Positions 9,097 through 19,405 of a stretch of DNA of 64,000 nucleotides are shown one piece after another. The stretch is taken from NCBI GenBank assembly GCA_044448685.1, contig JBIOHC010000012.1, positions 15,077-79,076 of the forward strand, given 5' to 3'. The notes beneath the pieces are model-generated. The model ran no database searches and was not told the DNA's origin. It saw only the letters and a list, made by a program, of their open reading frames with translations. The first letter of the stretch is position 1. Each line of letters begins with the position of its first letter. A program made the position numbers and the translations under genes. This DNA is from Bacteroidia bacterium (lineage in GTDB: Bacteria; Bacteroidota; Bacteroidia; Palsa-965).

Positions 9097-9128
9097 ATAC
9101 TAGCAATAATCACGATAACGATAAATTG

Positions 9129-9983
9129 ATGTCCAGAACAAATTTCAACGCGCTGTTAGAAGCTGGAGCACACTTCGGCCACCTCAAGAGAAAGTGGAAC
9201 CCCGCAATGGCTCCTTATATCTTTACTGAAAAGAACGGTATCCATATCATTGACCTGAACAAAACAGTTGTCAAGATAGAGGAGACATCCAATGCTCTGA
9301 AGCAGATGGCCCGTTCCGGTAAAAAGATTTTATTCGTTGCTACCAAGAAACAAGCAAAAGATATTGTTGCCGAACATGTAAAAAATGTGAACATGCCTTA
9401 TGTTACCGAGCGCTGGCCCGGTGGTATGCTCACCAATTTTGCAACCATCCGTAAGGCTGTACGCAAAATGGCTACAATCGACAAGATGAATGCCGATGGC
9501 ACCTACAGCAATATCTCCAAACGCGAACGTCTGCAGATATCACGCGAGCGTGACAAACTGGAAAAGAACCTGGGCTCTATTGCCGACCTTACCCGTCTGC
9601 CTGCTGCCCTGTTCATCGTTGATATCGCCAATGAACATATTGCAGTGGCTGAAGCCAAAAAATTAGGCATACCTACTTTCGCTATCGTGGATACCAATTC
9701 CGATCCGAACCTGGTGGATTATGCAATTCCTGCCAATGATGATGCTTCTTCTTCCATCAACCTCATTATCGGTATCATCACCAAAGCTATTGCAGAAGGT
9801 CTGGAAGAGCGTAAACTCGACAAAGACAAGAATGATGCAGCTGATTCAGGTGACGATGAGTTTGCAGACAATAAAAAATATGAAGTAAAAGAAGACGAAG
9901 ACGGAAGCGGCAAACGTAAAAAGAGCACCGGTGCACGCCGTGCTGCCGGCGGAAGCAACCGCAAACCTCCTGTTAAAGCCTGA
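9129..9983 (+). CDS. rpsB: 30S ribosomal protein S2
   Basis: LLEAGAHFGH, RWPGGMLTN, IVDTNSDP, IPANDD; charged C-terminal tail. Confidence 0.98.
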   Translation: MSRTNFNALLEAGAHFGHLKRKWNPAMAPYIFTEKNGIHIIDLNKTVVKIEETSNALKQMARSGKKILFVATKKQAKDIVAEHVKNVNMPYVTERWPGGMLTNFATIRKAVRKMATIDKMNADGTYSNISKRERLQISRERDKLEKNLGSIADLTRLPAALFIVDIANEHIAVAEAKKLGIPTFAIVDTNSDPNLVDYAIPANDDASSSINLIIGIITKAIAEGLEERKLDKDKNDAADSGDDEFADNKKYEVKEDEDGSGKRKKSTGARRAAGGSNRKPPVKA

Positions 9984-10006
9984 TAGAAACGTTTAATGAA
10001 ATAAGT

Positions 10007-10843
10007 ATGTCTACCACCACCATTACAGCAGCGGAAGTCAATAAACTGAGGCTCCAGACCGGAGCAGGAATGATGGATTGCAAAAAAGCCCTGACGGAAG
10101 CGAATGGGGATTTTGAGCAGGCAATTGATATTCTGCGTAAAAAAGGACAGAAAGTTGCTGCAAACCGCAGCGACCGTGAAGCCAAAGAAGGACTGGTAAT
10201 TGCCAAAACAACTGCCGACGGAAAGAAAGGTGTTATCATTGTGCTGAACTGTGAAACTGATTTCGTTGCCAAAAACGACAGCTTCGGAGCTTTCGCCAAT
10301 AAAATCCTGGATCTGGCAATAGAAAAATCTCCTAAATCAATCGATGAACTTAAAGCGCTTCCTTTTGCAGGGAATGGCGTTACTGTAGGTGAGAAAGTAA
10401 TCGAACAGATTGGCGTAATCGGTGAGAAACTGGATATCTCTTCGTATGAAGTGGTTGAAGCAGGTAAAGTGGTTGCGTATAATCACCCGGGAAACAGGCT
10501 TGCGACCATCGTAGGTTTCAACAAGCCTAATGAAGAATATGTAAGCAAAGACATAGCTATGCAGATTGCCGCTATGGCTCCTGTTTCCGTTGATAAAGAC
10601 GATGTGGATGCACGTATGCTGGAACGTGAGCTGGATATAGCCCGTGAACAGGTTCGTGCTGAAGGCAAGGCGGAAGATATGGTCGAGAAGATTGCCCAGG
10701 GCAAAATCAACAAATTCTATAAAGAAAGCACACTCCTGAATCAGGAATATATAAAAGATTCAAAGAAGACGGTAAGACAGTTTCTGGCCGATGCCGATAA
10801 GGAACTAAAAGTCACAGGCTTCAAACGAATAGCACTAGGTTAA
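10007..10843 (+). CDS. tsf: Translation elongation factor Ts
   Basis: LRLQTGAGMMDCKKAL, NCETDFVA. Confidence 0.98.
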   Translation: MSTTTITAAEVNKLRLQTGAGMMDCKKALTEANGDFEQAIDILRKKGQKVAANRSDREAKEGLVIAKTTADGKKGVIIVLNCETDFVAKNDSFGAFANKILDLAIEKSPKSIDELKALPFAGNGVTVGEKVIEQIGVIGEKLDISSYEVVEAGKVVAYNHPGNRLATIVGFNKPNEEYVSKDIAMQIAAMAPVSVDKDDVDARMLERELDIAREQVRAEGKAEDMVEKIAQGKINKFYKESTLLNQEYIKDSKKTVRQFLADADKELKVTGFKRIALG

Positions 10844-10877
10844 TTTTTTTCCCCGACGTAGAGTCGGGGTTTTTTTT
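10844..10877 (+). terminator. GC hairpin ccccgac-gtaga-gtcgggg flanked by T tracts, after tsf
   Basis: 7-bp perfect stem followed by T8. Confidence 0.7.
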
Positions 10878-10882
10878 GCCCT

Positions 10883-10890
10883 TATATTTG
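10883..10890 (+). promoter_or_regulatory. -7 box TATATTTG for pyrH
   Basis: Exact TAnnTTTG match 43 nt upstream of the ATG. Confidence 0.6.
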
Positions 10891-10933
10891 TTCCCATAAT
10901 CAGTCCGCATCTCCAAACCTGCAAAGCCCACGT

Positions 10934-11641
10934 ATGAAATACAAACGCATTCTCCTTAAACTAAGCGGTGAAGCCCTGATGGGCGAAAAACAATTCGGTA
11001 TTGATTCCGAAATCCTGTCTAAGTACGCAGAAGAGGTGAAAGCTGTTTCCCAGGCCGGGGTCGAAGTGGCTATTGTCATAGGAGGCGGGAATATTTTCAG
11101 AGGTATACAGGCTTCTGAAGGGGGTATGGACCGTGTTCAGGGCGATTATATGGGTATGCTGGCTACCGTTATCAACAGCATGGCCCTGCAGGCTGCCCTG
11201 GAAAAAATAGGGGTGGATACCCGCCTGCAAAGCGCCATCAAAATGGAACAGATCTGTGAAGTCTTTATCCGACGCCGGGCTGTGCGCCACCTGGAGAAAG
11301 GTCGTGTGGTCATTTTTGGAGCGGGAACAGGTAACCCGTATTTCACCACCGATACAGCAGCCACACTGAGGGGTATAGAGATAGAAGCCGATGTAATCCT
11401 GAAAGGTACCCGTGTAGATGGTATTTATGACATGGATCCGGAGAAACATGCCAATGCGGTTAAGTATGAAAGTCTGTCATTTACGGAGGTGTATGAAAAG
11501 AATCTGAATGTGATGGATATGACGGCCTTTACCCTTTGCAAGGAAAATAATCTCCCGATTATTGTTTTCAATATGAATAAGCCCGGAAATCTCATGCATG
11601 TAGTAAGCGGACAAAAGGTCGGCACTATGGTGGAATTCTGA
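10934..11641 (+). CDS. pyrH: UMP kinase
   Basis: [35 protein letters not shown]. Confidence 0.98.
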   Translation: MKYKRILLKLSGEALMGEKQFGIDSEILSKYAEEVKAVSQAGVEVAIVIGGGNIFRGIQASEGGMDRVQGDYMGMLATVINSMALQAALEKIGVDTRLQSAIKMEQICEVFIRRRAVRHLEKGRVVIFGAGTGNPYFTTDTAATLRGIEIEADVILKGTRVDGIYDMDPEKHANAVKYESLSFTEVYEKNLNVMDMTAFTLCKENNLPIIVFNMNKPGNLMHVVSGQKVGTMVEF

Positions 11642-11651
11642 AGATTCCTTT

Positions 11652-11659
11652 TAAATTTG
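11652..11659 (+). promoter_or_regulatory. -7 box TAAATTTG for frr
   Basis: Exact TAnnTTTG match in the pyrH-frr spacer. Confidence 0.5.
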
Positions 11660-11699
11660 TCCTCAACCGTCCTTCCGGTATTTTCTAAATTCAAAACGT

Positions 11700-12263
11700 A
11701 TGAGCGCTGAAATAAATTTTGTTATAGATGCAACGAAAGAGTCAATGGAAGGTGCATTACAGCACCTTGAAGCCGGACTCTCTAAAATACGTGCCGGCCG
11801 TGCCAGTGCACAAATGCTGGATGGTGTGCTGGTTGATTATTACGGCACCAATACACCCCTGAGCCAGGTTGCCAATATCAGTACTCCCGATGCCCGTACA
11901 CTGGCTGTTCAGCCCTGGGAAAAAGGGATGCTCGATCCGATTACCCGTGCCATACAGGCCGCTAATCTCGGATTCAACCCGAATAATAACGGCTCTGTCA
12001 TCATTATCAGCATTCCTCCCCTTACGGAAGAACGCAGAAGGGACCTGGTAAAACGTACCAAGGCCGAAGGAGAGAATGCCAAAGTAAGTTTGCGCAGTGC
12101 CCGTAAAGATGCGAACGAAGAAATAAAAGGACTTCAGAAAAACGGCCTGCCGGAAGATGAAGCAAAGGGTGCCGGAGAAAAAATACAACAACTCACCGAT
12201 GCCTATTCTGTAAAGGTTGATAAACACCTCGAACAGAAAGAAAAAGAAATCATGACCGTCTAA
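11700..12263 (+). CDS. frr: Ribosome recycling factor
   Basis: KIRAGRAS, VDYYG, PPLTEERR, KEKEIMTV. Confidence 0.97.
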   Translation: MSAEINFVIDATKESMEGALQHLEAGLSKIRAGRASAQMLDGVLVDYYGTNTPLSQVANISTPDARTLAVQPWEKGMLDPITRAIQAANLGFNPNNNGSVIIISIPPLTEERRRDLVKRTKAEGENAKVSLRSARKDANEEIKGLQKNGLPEDEAKGAGEKIQQLTDAYSVKVDKHLEQKEKEIMTV

Positions 12264-13273
12264 GCCCACACCTTCGTACCCTCCGAACAATTTGTACAGA
12301 TTTCAATTTCACTTCTGCTTTTTAAAACAGAAGACCTGAAATTACGATATGCTTCTCCTTGCCACAACTGCCGGAAAGATGTGTTTTTAAGATCACCCAT
12401 AGCATGTTTTGCATCCTTGTCGAAGCAACAGGGCACCACCACCCCGTCCCACGTAATTACAGGGCTTTGCCAGAGTTTCCAGCAGTGATTTTCCAGCTTG
12501 TTTTTGAGTTCCCAGGTGCCGTCTGATTTTTTACGGTAACGGGAATAACGATCCTGATCAGGGATGAGTTTATTCCCGTTTTTAAAATCATTTACCTGTG
12601 CTGTTTTGAATTTCACTTCATCTACACCCAGCTCATTTGCAAGCTGCCGTACTTCTTCTATCTGATGTTCGTTGGGTTTGACAACAAGAAACTGAAATAC
12701 CAGCAAGGGTGTTGCCGAATTCAGCTTCTTTTTCCACTTCACCAGTCGTTTGGTGCCCTCTATGACCTTTTCCAGGTTTCCGCCTACCCGATAGGAAGCA
12801 TAGGTTTCCTGTGTGGTTCCGTCAAGAGAAATGAGAAGGCGGTCCAGCCCTGATTCAACGGTGGCTTTTGCCGCTTCTTCATCCAGATAATGAGCGTTGG
12901 TAGAGGTGGATGTGAATATGTTCTTTGAATGAGCATAACGTACCATTTGAAGAAAGCGGGGGTTGAGGTATGGCTCACCCTGAAAATAAAAGGTGAGGTA
13001 AACCAGATCTTTTTGCAACTCATCCAGGGTCTTTTTAAAAAAGCTTTCATCAAGCATGCCGCTTGGGCGGCTGAATGAACGGAGACCGCTTGGACATTCC
13101 GGGCAGCGCAGATTACAGGAGGTGGTAGGCTCTATGGAAATGCTGACAGGCATACCCCATTGTATGGCTTTGCCACTAATCCTGCTGTAATGATACGAGG
13201 CGAATACTTTTACGGTGTTCCAAACCTTGCGCAGGCTCAGACGTCGGAGTAAAAGAAGTGTGCCGGAATGCAT
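12260..13273 (-). CDS. Radical SAM protein with SPASM/twitch domain
   Basis: CNLRCPEC (CxxxCxxC), FQGEPYL; C-terminal C..LW...ITWDG.VVPCCFD and C..C. Confidence 0.9.
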   Translation of the reverse strand: MHSGTLLLLRRLSLRKVWNTVKVFASYHYSRISGKAIQWGMPVSISIEPTTSCNLRCPECPSGLRSFSRPSGMLDESFFKKTLDELQKDLVYLTFYFQGEPYLNPRFLQMVRYAHSKNIFTSTSTNAHYLDEEAAKATVESGLDRLLISLDGTTQETYASYRVGGNLEKVIEGTKRLVKWKKKLNSATPLLVFQFLVVKPNEHQIEEVRQLANELGVDEVKFKTAQVNDFKNGNKLIPDQDRYSRYRKKSDGTWELKNKLENHCWKLWQSPVITWDGVVVPCCFDKDAKHAMGDLKNTSFRQLWQGEAYRNFRSSVLKSRSEIEICTNCSEGTKVWA

Positions 13274-13404
13274 GATTAGTGGGTGTTACCTCGTTACCGG
13301 TAAAGATAATCCTATTCAGGGGGGGATTAAAAAAAATATGTAATTTCGGAGATTCAGGCCTTTAGCGTGTTAACTCGTTTTTAAAGGCATTTACCAGCTA
13401 ATCA

Positions 13405-15864
13405 ATGTGGAAATCGATTGCCAGGTTTATTCTGCGTAACAGGATCAAGTTTCTGATCCTCCTAGGCACGCTTACCATCTTCCTCGGCTATTTCAGCCGT
13501 AAGGCGGAGATTTCCTATGAATTCCCCAAATTATTACCCTCTACTGATACCACCGACATAAGCTTTGAGCGTTTCAAATCCATGTTTGGCCAGGATGGAA
13601 CAGTGATGGTAATAGGCATAGCTGATACCAATATCTGGAAATATGATAAGTTTTGTGCATGGTATGACCTGACAGAAAGTCTTCGTAAAGTGGAAGGAGT
13701 TCAGGAAGTAGTGTCCATTGCCCGTCTGTATAATTTAAAAGTTAATGACAGTACCGGAAAGTTCGACTTCAGGCCCATCCTGTCTCATCGTCCCGGCAAT
13801 CAGGCTGAGGTAGACAGTATTCATAAACTGGTGATGCACCTGCCTTTTTATGAAAATTTTGCATTCACTAAGAATACCGCAGCCACTGTCATTGCCGTAA
13901 CCTTTGAAAAACATGTGGTCAATACCAAGGAGCGTTTTCATGTAGTGGATGAAATTAAGGCCCTCACGGAGGGTTTTGCAGGTAAACACAGCATAACAGT
14001 GCATTATTCAGGACTTCCCTATATACGTTCTGTCATCGCCAAAAAAATATCCCATGAAATGTTTTTATTCATGGGGCTTGCTGTATTGGTAACGGCTTTT
14101 ATCCTCTTTGTTTTTTTTCGCTCCGTTTTGCCCGTTGTTTTTTCACTGGTTGTTGTAGGTGTAGGGGTGTCATGGGGACTGGGAGGGCTGGTACTTTTCG
14201 GATATAAAATCACGGCACTCACAGGCCTTATTCCTCCCCTCATTATCGTTATCGGGGTGCCTAACTGTATCCTGCTGCTCAATAAATATCATACGGAGTA
14301 TACCCGTCATGGCAATAAAGGACTGGCCTTACTGCGTATGATTGAAAAAATAGGACCTTCCCTGTTTTTTGCCAATGTAACCACTTCTATAGGCTTTGCT
14401 GTTTTCTGTCTCACCCACAGCAAAATTATGATTGAGTTCGGATTCGTTTCCTCTCTCAATGTGATGGCAACCTATCTTATTTCCATCATTCTGATTCCGA
14501 TTATTTTCAGTTATCTGCCTCCTCCGTCTGTGAAACATACACAGCACCTGGATGCCAAAAGGCTGACCCGGCTTCTGACTGTTGTGGATGTTGGCGTGCA
14601 CCGCCACCGGATTAAGATTTATGGATTCGTTATTGCCATTCTGATTATTTCCGTTTTCGGTATCGTAAAAATTAAAACACTGGGATATGTTGTAGATGAC
14701 CTGCCTGCGAAGGATCCTATATATGACGATCTGCATTTCTTTGAGAAAAATTTCAAAGGAGTACTGCCTCTTGAAATTTCTATTGATACGAAGAAGGAAA
14801 ACGGGGTATTTGCTGAGAATGCAGATGTATTGTACCGTATTGACCGTGTTCAGAAGATGTTGTGGGGATACCCTATTTTTTCCAAACCGGTTTCGGTGGT
14901 TGACGGTGTTAAATTTTCAAACCAGGCTTTGAACGAAGGAAAGCCAAGGTATTTCAGGCTGCCGGGAGCTGAAGGGCTGGCTCAGATTAAAAAATATTCG
15001 ACGGAAGCAAGGGATAAACAGGACAGGTTCAGGGCCTTTCTTGACTCAACGAAGCGCTATACACGGGTAAGTATTCAGATGGCCGATATAGGATCCATTG
15101 AAATGAAAAAACTTGTCAATGAGCTGCATCCCCGGATTGACAGTGCTTTGAATTATGACGATGCGGCAAAATCGTGGCTGCCAAAAGACAAACGATGTGA
15201 TTATGTACTGACCGGAACCTGTCTGATGTTCCTGAAAGGGAATGATTTTCTGGTTGAGAACCTGGTCGAAAGTGTCGGTATAGCCGTTATCCTAATCACG
15301 CTGGTTATGCTAAGTCTCTTTATGTCTCCAAGTATGGTTGTCATTTCTGTTGTGCCCAGTCTGGTACCATTATTCATTACAGCTGCCCTCATGGGATTCT
15401 TTAATATACACCTCAAACCGTCTACCATACTTGTATTCAGCATAGCTTTTGGTATTTCTTCTGACGGAACAATGTATTTCCTGACAAAGTACAGGCAGGA
15501 GCTCAAAAATAATCAGTACAGTATATCCCGGACAGTGTCCCTGGCTATTCGTGAAACGGGAGTAAGCATGATTTATACCGCAGTGATTTTATTTTGTGGC
15601 TTTGGCATCTTTATGGCTTCTGATTTCGGAGGCACTGCCGCATTGGGTATTCTGGTCTCTATTACCCTGCTGGTAGCCTATTGCTCCAATCTGGTGCTGC
15701 TTCCCTGTTTCCTGTTAAGCCTGGAAAAGAGAATTACGAATAAAGCGTTTATGCAAGAACCCCTGGTCCAGCTTTATGATGAAGATGAAGATGTGGAACA
15801 GGATGATCTGACAATTATTCATCATATAAACAATCAGACAGAACCCCAAACACCACAATCATGA
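13405..15864 (+). CDS. MMPL/RND-family membrane transporter
   Basis: Two repeats of TM + periplasmic loop + 5 TM; TTSIGFA and [10 protein letters not shown] motifs. Confidence 0.85.
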   Translation: MWKSIARFILRNRIKFLILLGTLTIFLGYFSRKAEISYEFPKLLPSTDTTDISFERFKSMFGQDGTVMVIGIADTNIWKYDKFCAWYDLTESLRKVEGVQEVVSIARLYNLKVNDSTGKFDFRPILSHRPGNQAEVDSIHKLVMHLPFYENFAFTKNTAATVIAVTFEKHVVNTKERFHVVDEIKALTEGFAGKHSITVHYSGLPYIRSVIAKKISHEMFLFMGLAVLVTAFILFVFFRSVLPVVFSLVVVGVGVSWGLGGLVLFGYKITALTGLIPPLIIVIGVPNCILLLNKYHTEYTRHGNKGLALLRMIEKIGPSLFFANVTTSIGFAVFCLTHSKIMIEFGFVSSLNVMATYLISIILIPIIFSYLPPPSVKHTQHLDAKRLTRLLTVVDVGVHRHRIKIYGFVIAILIISVFGIVKIKTLGYVVDDLPAKDPIYDDLHFFEKNFKGVLPLEISIDTKKENGVFAENADVLYRIDRVQKMLWGYPIFSKPVSVVDGVKFSNQALNEGKPRYFRLPGAEGLAQIKKYSTEARDKQDRFRAFLDSTKRYTRVSIQMADIGSIEMKKLVNELHPRIDSALNYDDAAKSWLPKDKRCDYVLTGTCLMFLKGNDFLVENLVESVGIAVILITLVMLSLFMSPSMVVISVVPSLVPLFITAALMGFFNIHLKPSTILVFSIAFGISSDGTMYFLTKYRQELKNNQYSISRTVSLAIRETGVSMIYTAVILFCGFGIFMASDFGGTAALGILVSITLLVAYCSNLVLLPCFLLSLEKRITNKAFMQEPLVQLYDEDEDVEQDDLTIIHHINNQTEPQTPQS

Positions 15865-16721
15865 AAGGTATTATTCTGGCCGGAGGCTCCGGCACCCGTT
15901 TGCACCCGCTTACCCTGGCAGTAAGTAAGCAGCTGATGCCAATCTATAACAAGCCAATGATTTACTATCCGCTTTCTGTGCTGATGATGGCAGGAATAAA
16001 GGAAGTTCTGATTATTTCAACACCGCATGATCTGCCGAGTTTTGAACGCCTACTGGGTGATGGTAAGCAACTGGGTTGTAAATTCACGTATGCTGTTCAG
16101 GAAGTTCCGAACGGACTGGCTCAGGCATTTGTTATAGGTGAAAAATTTATCGGGAATGACAGTGTTGCCCTGATTCTGGGCGATAATATTTTTTATGGTG
16201 CAGGACTGGGCCGGCTATTGCAATTCCATCAAAAACCGGAAGGTGGTGTTGTATTCGCCTATCATGTTTCTGATCCGGAACGTTATGGTGTGGTTGAATT
16301 TGACAAGGAAGGGAAAGCGGTATCCATTGAAGAGAAACCAACGCATCCCAAATCGAATTACGCGGTTCCGGGACTTTATTTTTACGACAACTCTGTGATT
16401 GAGGTCGCAAAAAACCTGAAACCAAGTCCCCGCGGTGAATTTGAAATCACCGACATCAACAAACATTACCTCCTGAAAGGGAAATTGAAAGTAGGTATTC
16501 TGGACAGAGGTACAGCCTGGCTTGATACCGGAACATTTGATTCCCTGATGCAGGCCGGACAATTCGTCCAGGTTATAGAAGAACGTCAGGGTCTTGGGAT
16601 TGGATGTATCGAGGAAGTAGCATACCGTATGGGATTCATTGATGCAGCTCAGCTGAAGAAGATTGCCGAACCATTGCTGAAAAGCGGCTATGGAAAATAT
16701 CTGAATAAAATTACTCAATAA
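15861..16721 (+). CDS. rfbA: Glucose-1-phosphate thymidylyltransferase
   Basis: [44 protein letters not shown] overlap with the MMPL gene. Confidence 0.97.
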   Translation: MKGIILAGGSGTRLHPLTLAVSKQLMPIYNKPMIYYPLSVLMMAGIKEVLIISTPHDLPSFERLLGDGKQLGCKFTYAVQEVPNGLAQAFVIGEKFIGNDSVALILGDNIFYGAGLGRLLQFHQKPEGGVVFAYHVSDPERYGVVEFDKEGKAVSIEEKPTHPKSNYAVPGLYFYDNSVIEVAKNLKPSPRGEFEITDINKHYLLKGKLKVGILDRGTAWLDTGTFDSLMQAGQFVQVIEERQGLGIGCIEEVAYRMGFIDAAQLKKIAEPLLKSGYGKYLNKITQ

Positions 16722-16728
16722 GACGAAA

Positions 16729-17679
16729 ATGAATTTACACAGCTATACCCGAATTCTTGTTACTGGTGGTGCAGGATTTATTCCCAGCGGACTGGCAGAA
16801 AAACTGGCAGAAAACCCGGATAATTATGTGGTCCTTGTCGACAATCTTCAGACAGGGTCCCTGTTAAAAGTTCCTGATTCACGTTTCAGGAACATCAAAT
16901 TCATTAAATGCGATGTGAATGAATTCAGAGACATATCAAGCATCTTTTACTCCTTTTCTTTCGATTATGTATTTCATTATGCAGCCACGGTTGGAGTGAG
17001 TCGTACTCTCGAAAATCCGGTGAAAGTGCTGAATGATATTTCCGGTATCAAATATGTTCTTAACCTGAGTAAAAATACAGGTGTAAAAAGAATTTATTTT
17101 TCTTCTTCTTCCGAAGTGTATGGCGAGCCTGTTGAGTATCCTCAGAATGAAGATACCACCCCGCTTAATTCCCGTTTACCTTATGCCATTGTAAAAAATG
17201 TGGGGGAAGCATATCTCAAATCTTACCAGAAAGAATTTCAGCTTGATTACACCATTTTTCGTTTCTTTAACACCTTCGGCCCCAAGCAAAGCAAGGATTT
17301 TGTGATTTCCCGTTTCCTGTCTGCTGCACTGGCAGGAAGGGATATTACAATTTATGGAGACGGATCCCAGACGCGTACATTTTGTTTTATCGATGACAAT
17401 ATTCTGGCTACCACCAATGCCTTTTATCAGAATATGTTTGTCAATGATGTGGTGAATATAGGAGGAAGCATAGAAACTTCTATTCTGGATCTTGCCCAGC
17501 TCATCCTTCGTCTTACCAAATCGAAGTCAAAAATCGTGCATCTGGCACCGTTGGCAGAAGGTGATATGACCCGCCGTCGCCCGGATACCACTAAAATGGT
17601 CCAGCTTCTGAACCGTAAATTGGTAACCCTGGAAGAGGGCCTGGCACTGATTCTGAAAGACACCCGTTTTATTGTCTGA
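16729..17679 (+). CDS. NAD-dependent nucleotide-sugar epimerase/dehydratase (extended SDR)
   Basis: ILVTGGAGFIPS, SSSSEVYG, catalytic YAIVK, GDGSQTRTF. Confidence 0.9.
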   Translation: MNLHSYTRILVTGGAGFIPSGLAEKLAENPDNYVVLVDNLQTGSLLKVPDSRFRNIKFIKCDVNEFRDISSIFYSFSFDYVFHYAATVGVSRTLENPVKVLNDISGIKYVLNLSKNTGVKRIYFSSSSEVYGEPVEYPQNEDTTPLNSRLPYAIVKNVGEAYLKSYQKEFQLDYTIFRFFNTFGPKQSKDFVISRFLSAALAGRDITIYGDGSQTRTFCFIDDNILATTNAFYQNMFVNDVVNIGGSIETSILDLAQLILRLTKSKSKIVHLAPLAEGDMTRRRPDTTKMVQLLNRKLVTLEEGLALILKDTRFIV

Positions 17680-17689
17680 AACTGAGGAC

Positions 17690-18670
17690 ATGAGTAAACA
17701 GACCCGAAACTATAAGCTGATAGAGGACGCAATATCCGGTTTGCAGCTGCAGGGTATGCCTCGTGAATTATATGAACCCCAGCGTTATATTATGGAGATG
17801 GGCGGTAAGCGTATGCGCCCCCTGCTCACACTGATGGCTTGTGAATTGTTTGGAGGCCGTGCCGAAGATGCACTTCCGGCTGCCCTGGGCATAGAGCTGT
17901 TCCATAATTTCAGTCTGGTGCACGACGATATTATGGATCAGGCACCCATACGGCGTAACAAACCGACGGTTCATGAAAAGTGGAGCAGCCATGTAGCCAT
18001 TCTCAGCGGAGATGCCATGCTGATAAAAGCAATGCAGCAATTTGAGAAATTACCGGTCGCAGAAATGGCTCTCGTTCTTCCTCTCTTCAATAGGACAGCG
18101 CTGCAAGTGTGTGAAGGACAGCAGTTCGATATGAATTATGAACAGCAAAGCAGCGTTAGTATTACAGATTATATCCGGATGATTGAGTTAAAAACGGCTG
18201 TGTTACTGGCCTGCAGTCTGCAGATAGGGGCCATACTGGGCAAAGCCGGGACTTCGGATGCAGCACTGCTCTATGATTTCGGAAAAAATGCCGGTATAGC
18301 TTTCCAGCTTCAGGATGATCTGTTGGATGTATTTGCCGATCCGGATAAGTTTGGCAAACAACCCGGAGGAGATATCATTTCAAATAAAAAAACATTTCTC
18401 CTCCTGAAAGCCCTGGAGGTATCAGCTTCTATGCCCTATAAAAAAGAAGAATTGCTTAACTGGATTCATGCCCCCGTGTCAGACCCGGTGCACAAAGTGG
18501 AGGCTGTCAAAGACATCTACAACACTTTGAATATCCGTAAGCTGGCAATGGAAGAAATGAACCGGTATTATGAAAAAGGACTCGATGCGCTCAAAGCGAT
18601 ACCTGTAAGTGAAGATAAAAAATCGGACCTGTACAGACTTGTTGAAGAGCTGCGTATACGTGAAATCTAA
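17690..18670 (+). CDS. Polyprenyl diphosphate synthase
   Basis: GGKRMRP, first DD motif HDDIMD, GQQFD, KTA, second motif QDDLLD. Start at ATG 17690. Confidence 0.92.
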   Translation: MSKQTRNYKLIEDAISGLQLQGMPRELYEPQRYIMEMGGKRMRPLLTLMACELFGGRAEDALPAALGIELFHNFSLVHDDIMDQAPIRRNKPTVHEKWSSHVAILSGDAMLIKAMQQFEKLPVAEMALVLPLFNRTALQVCEGQQFDMNYEQQSSVSITDYIRMIELKTAVLLACSLQIGAILGKAGTSDAALLYDFGKNAGIAFQLQDDLLDVFADPDKFGKQPGGDIISNKKTFLLLKALEVSASMPYKKEELLNWIHAPVSDPVHKVEAVKDIYNTLNIRKLAMEEMNRYYEKGLDALKAIPVSEDKKSDLYRLVEELRIREI

Positions 18671-18674
18671 AACT

Positions 18675-18995
18675 ATGAAATACGACAAACATATTTTTAT
18701 CTGTACAAACCAGCGTGCACCCGAAGCCCCGAGGAAGAGTTGCGGAGAGGCACATGGGATGGAGCTGGTGGACGCATTTAAAAAGCAACTCAGGGAAAGA
18801 AACCTTCCGATCAACATCAGAGCACAGAAGTCGGGTTGTCTTGATATCTGTGATTACGGCCAAACCCTTGTGGTTTATCCGGAAGGAGTATTTTATGTAG
18901 GTGTGGAGGTGACCGATGTGGCTGAAATTATTGAAGAGCATCTGATAAATGACCGGCCGGTGAAGCGCCTGCTGCTTGATAAGTCAAAATACTAA
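18675..18995 (+). CDS. Thioredoxin-like [2Fe-2S] ferredoxin
   Basis: HIFICTNQR...SCG...SGCLDIC..G...VVYPEGVFY. Start at ATG 18675. Confidence 0.88.
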   Translation: MKYDKHIFICTNQRAPEAPRKSCGEAHGMELVDAFKKQLRERNLPINIRAQKSGCLDICDYGQTLVVYPEGVFYVGVEVTDVAEIIEEHLINDRPVKRLLLDKSKY

Positions 18996-19003
18996 AGCAA
19001 GGG

Positions 19004-19360
19004 ATGGATACTCCTTTTCTGCCACCGGAGCTTAGCGGTCCTGAAAAGCAAGCTATACTCAAGGCGGTGATTGAGCAGCTTATGAAGGATTTCGGCCGGT
19101 TCGGACTTGATATCCGGGAACCACTGCCGGGAACAGATGCTTATTCCAGCCTGCAGAGCCAGGTAGCCCCCATAATTGAAAAAACCCTGCTCAGCAACGA
19201 CAGTCTCCTTACCGGAATCCTTTACAGCATTGATCTGAGTGAAGTCCAGGTCCGGAAAGCATTGCAGGAACAACCTGAAAGACCCTATCCTTTAGTGCTT
19301 ACTGACCTCATCCTGAAAAGGGAGCTGCAGAAGGTCGTGCTCAGGAAGCGATTCAGCTGA
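19004..19360 (+). CDS. Conserved hypothetical protein
   Basis: QLMKDF, LYSIDLSE and ILKRELQKVVLR motifs typical of a small Bacteroidota family; 8 nt after the ferredoxin gene. Confidence 0.7.
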   Translation: MDTPFLPPELSGPEKQAILKAVIEQLMKDFGRFGLDIREPLPGTDAYSSLQSQVAPIIEKTLLSNDSLLTGILYSIDLSEVQVRKALQEQPERPYPLVLTDLILKRELQKVVLRKRFS

Positions 19361-19376
19361 TTTCACCCGAAATCAT

Positions 19377-19384
19377 TACCTTTG
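19377..19384 (+). promoter_or_regulatory. -7 box TACCTTTG for sucAB
   Basis: Exact TAnnTTTG match 21 nt upstream of ATG 19406. Confidence 0.6.
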
Positions 19385-19405
19385 CCCTTCAGAAAAAGAC
19401 GAGAT

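Noticed and set aside
9810-9983. Acidic then basic C-terminal extension of S2
   Set aside because: Variable charged S2 tails are common in Bacteroidota.
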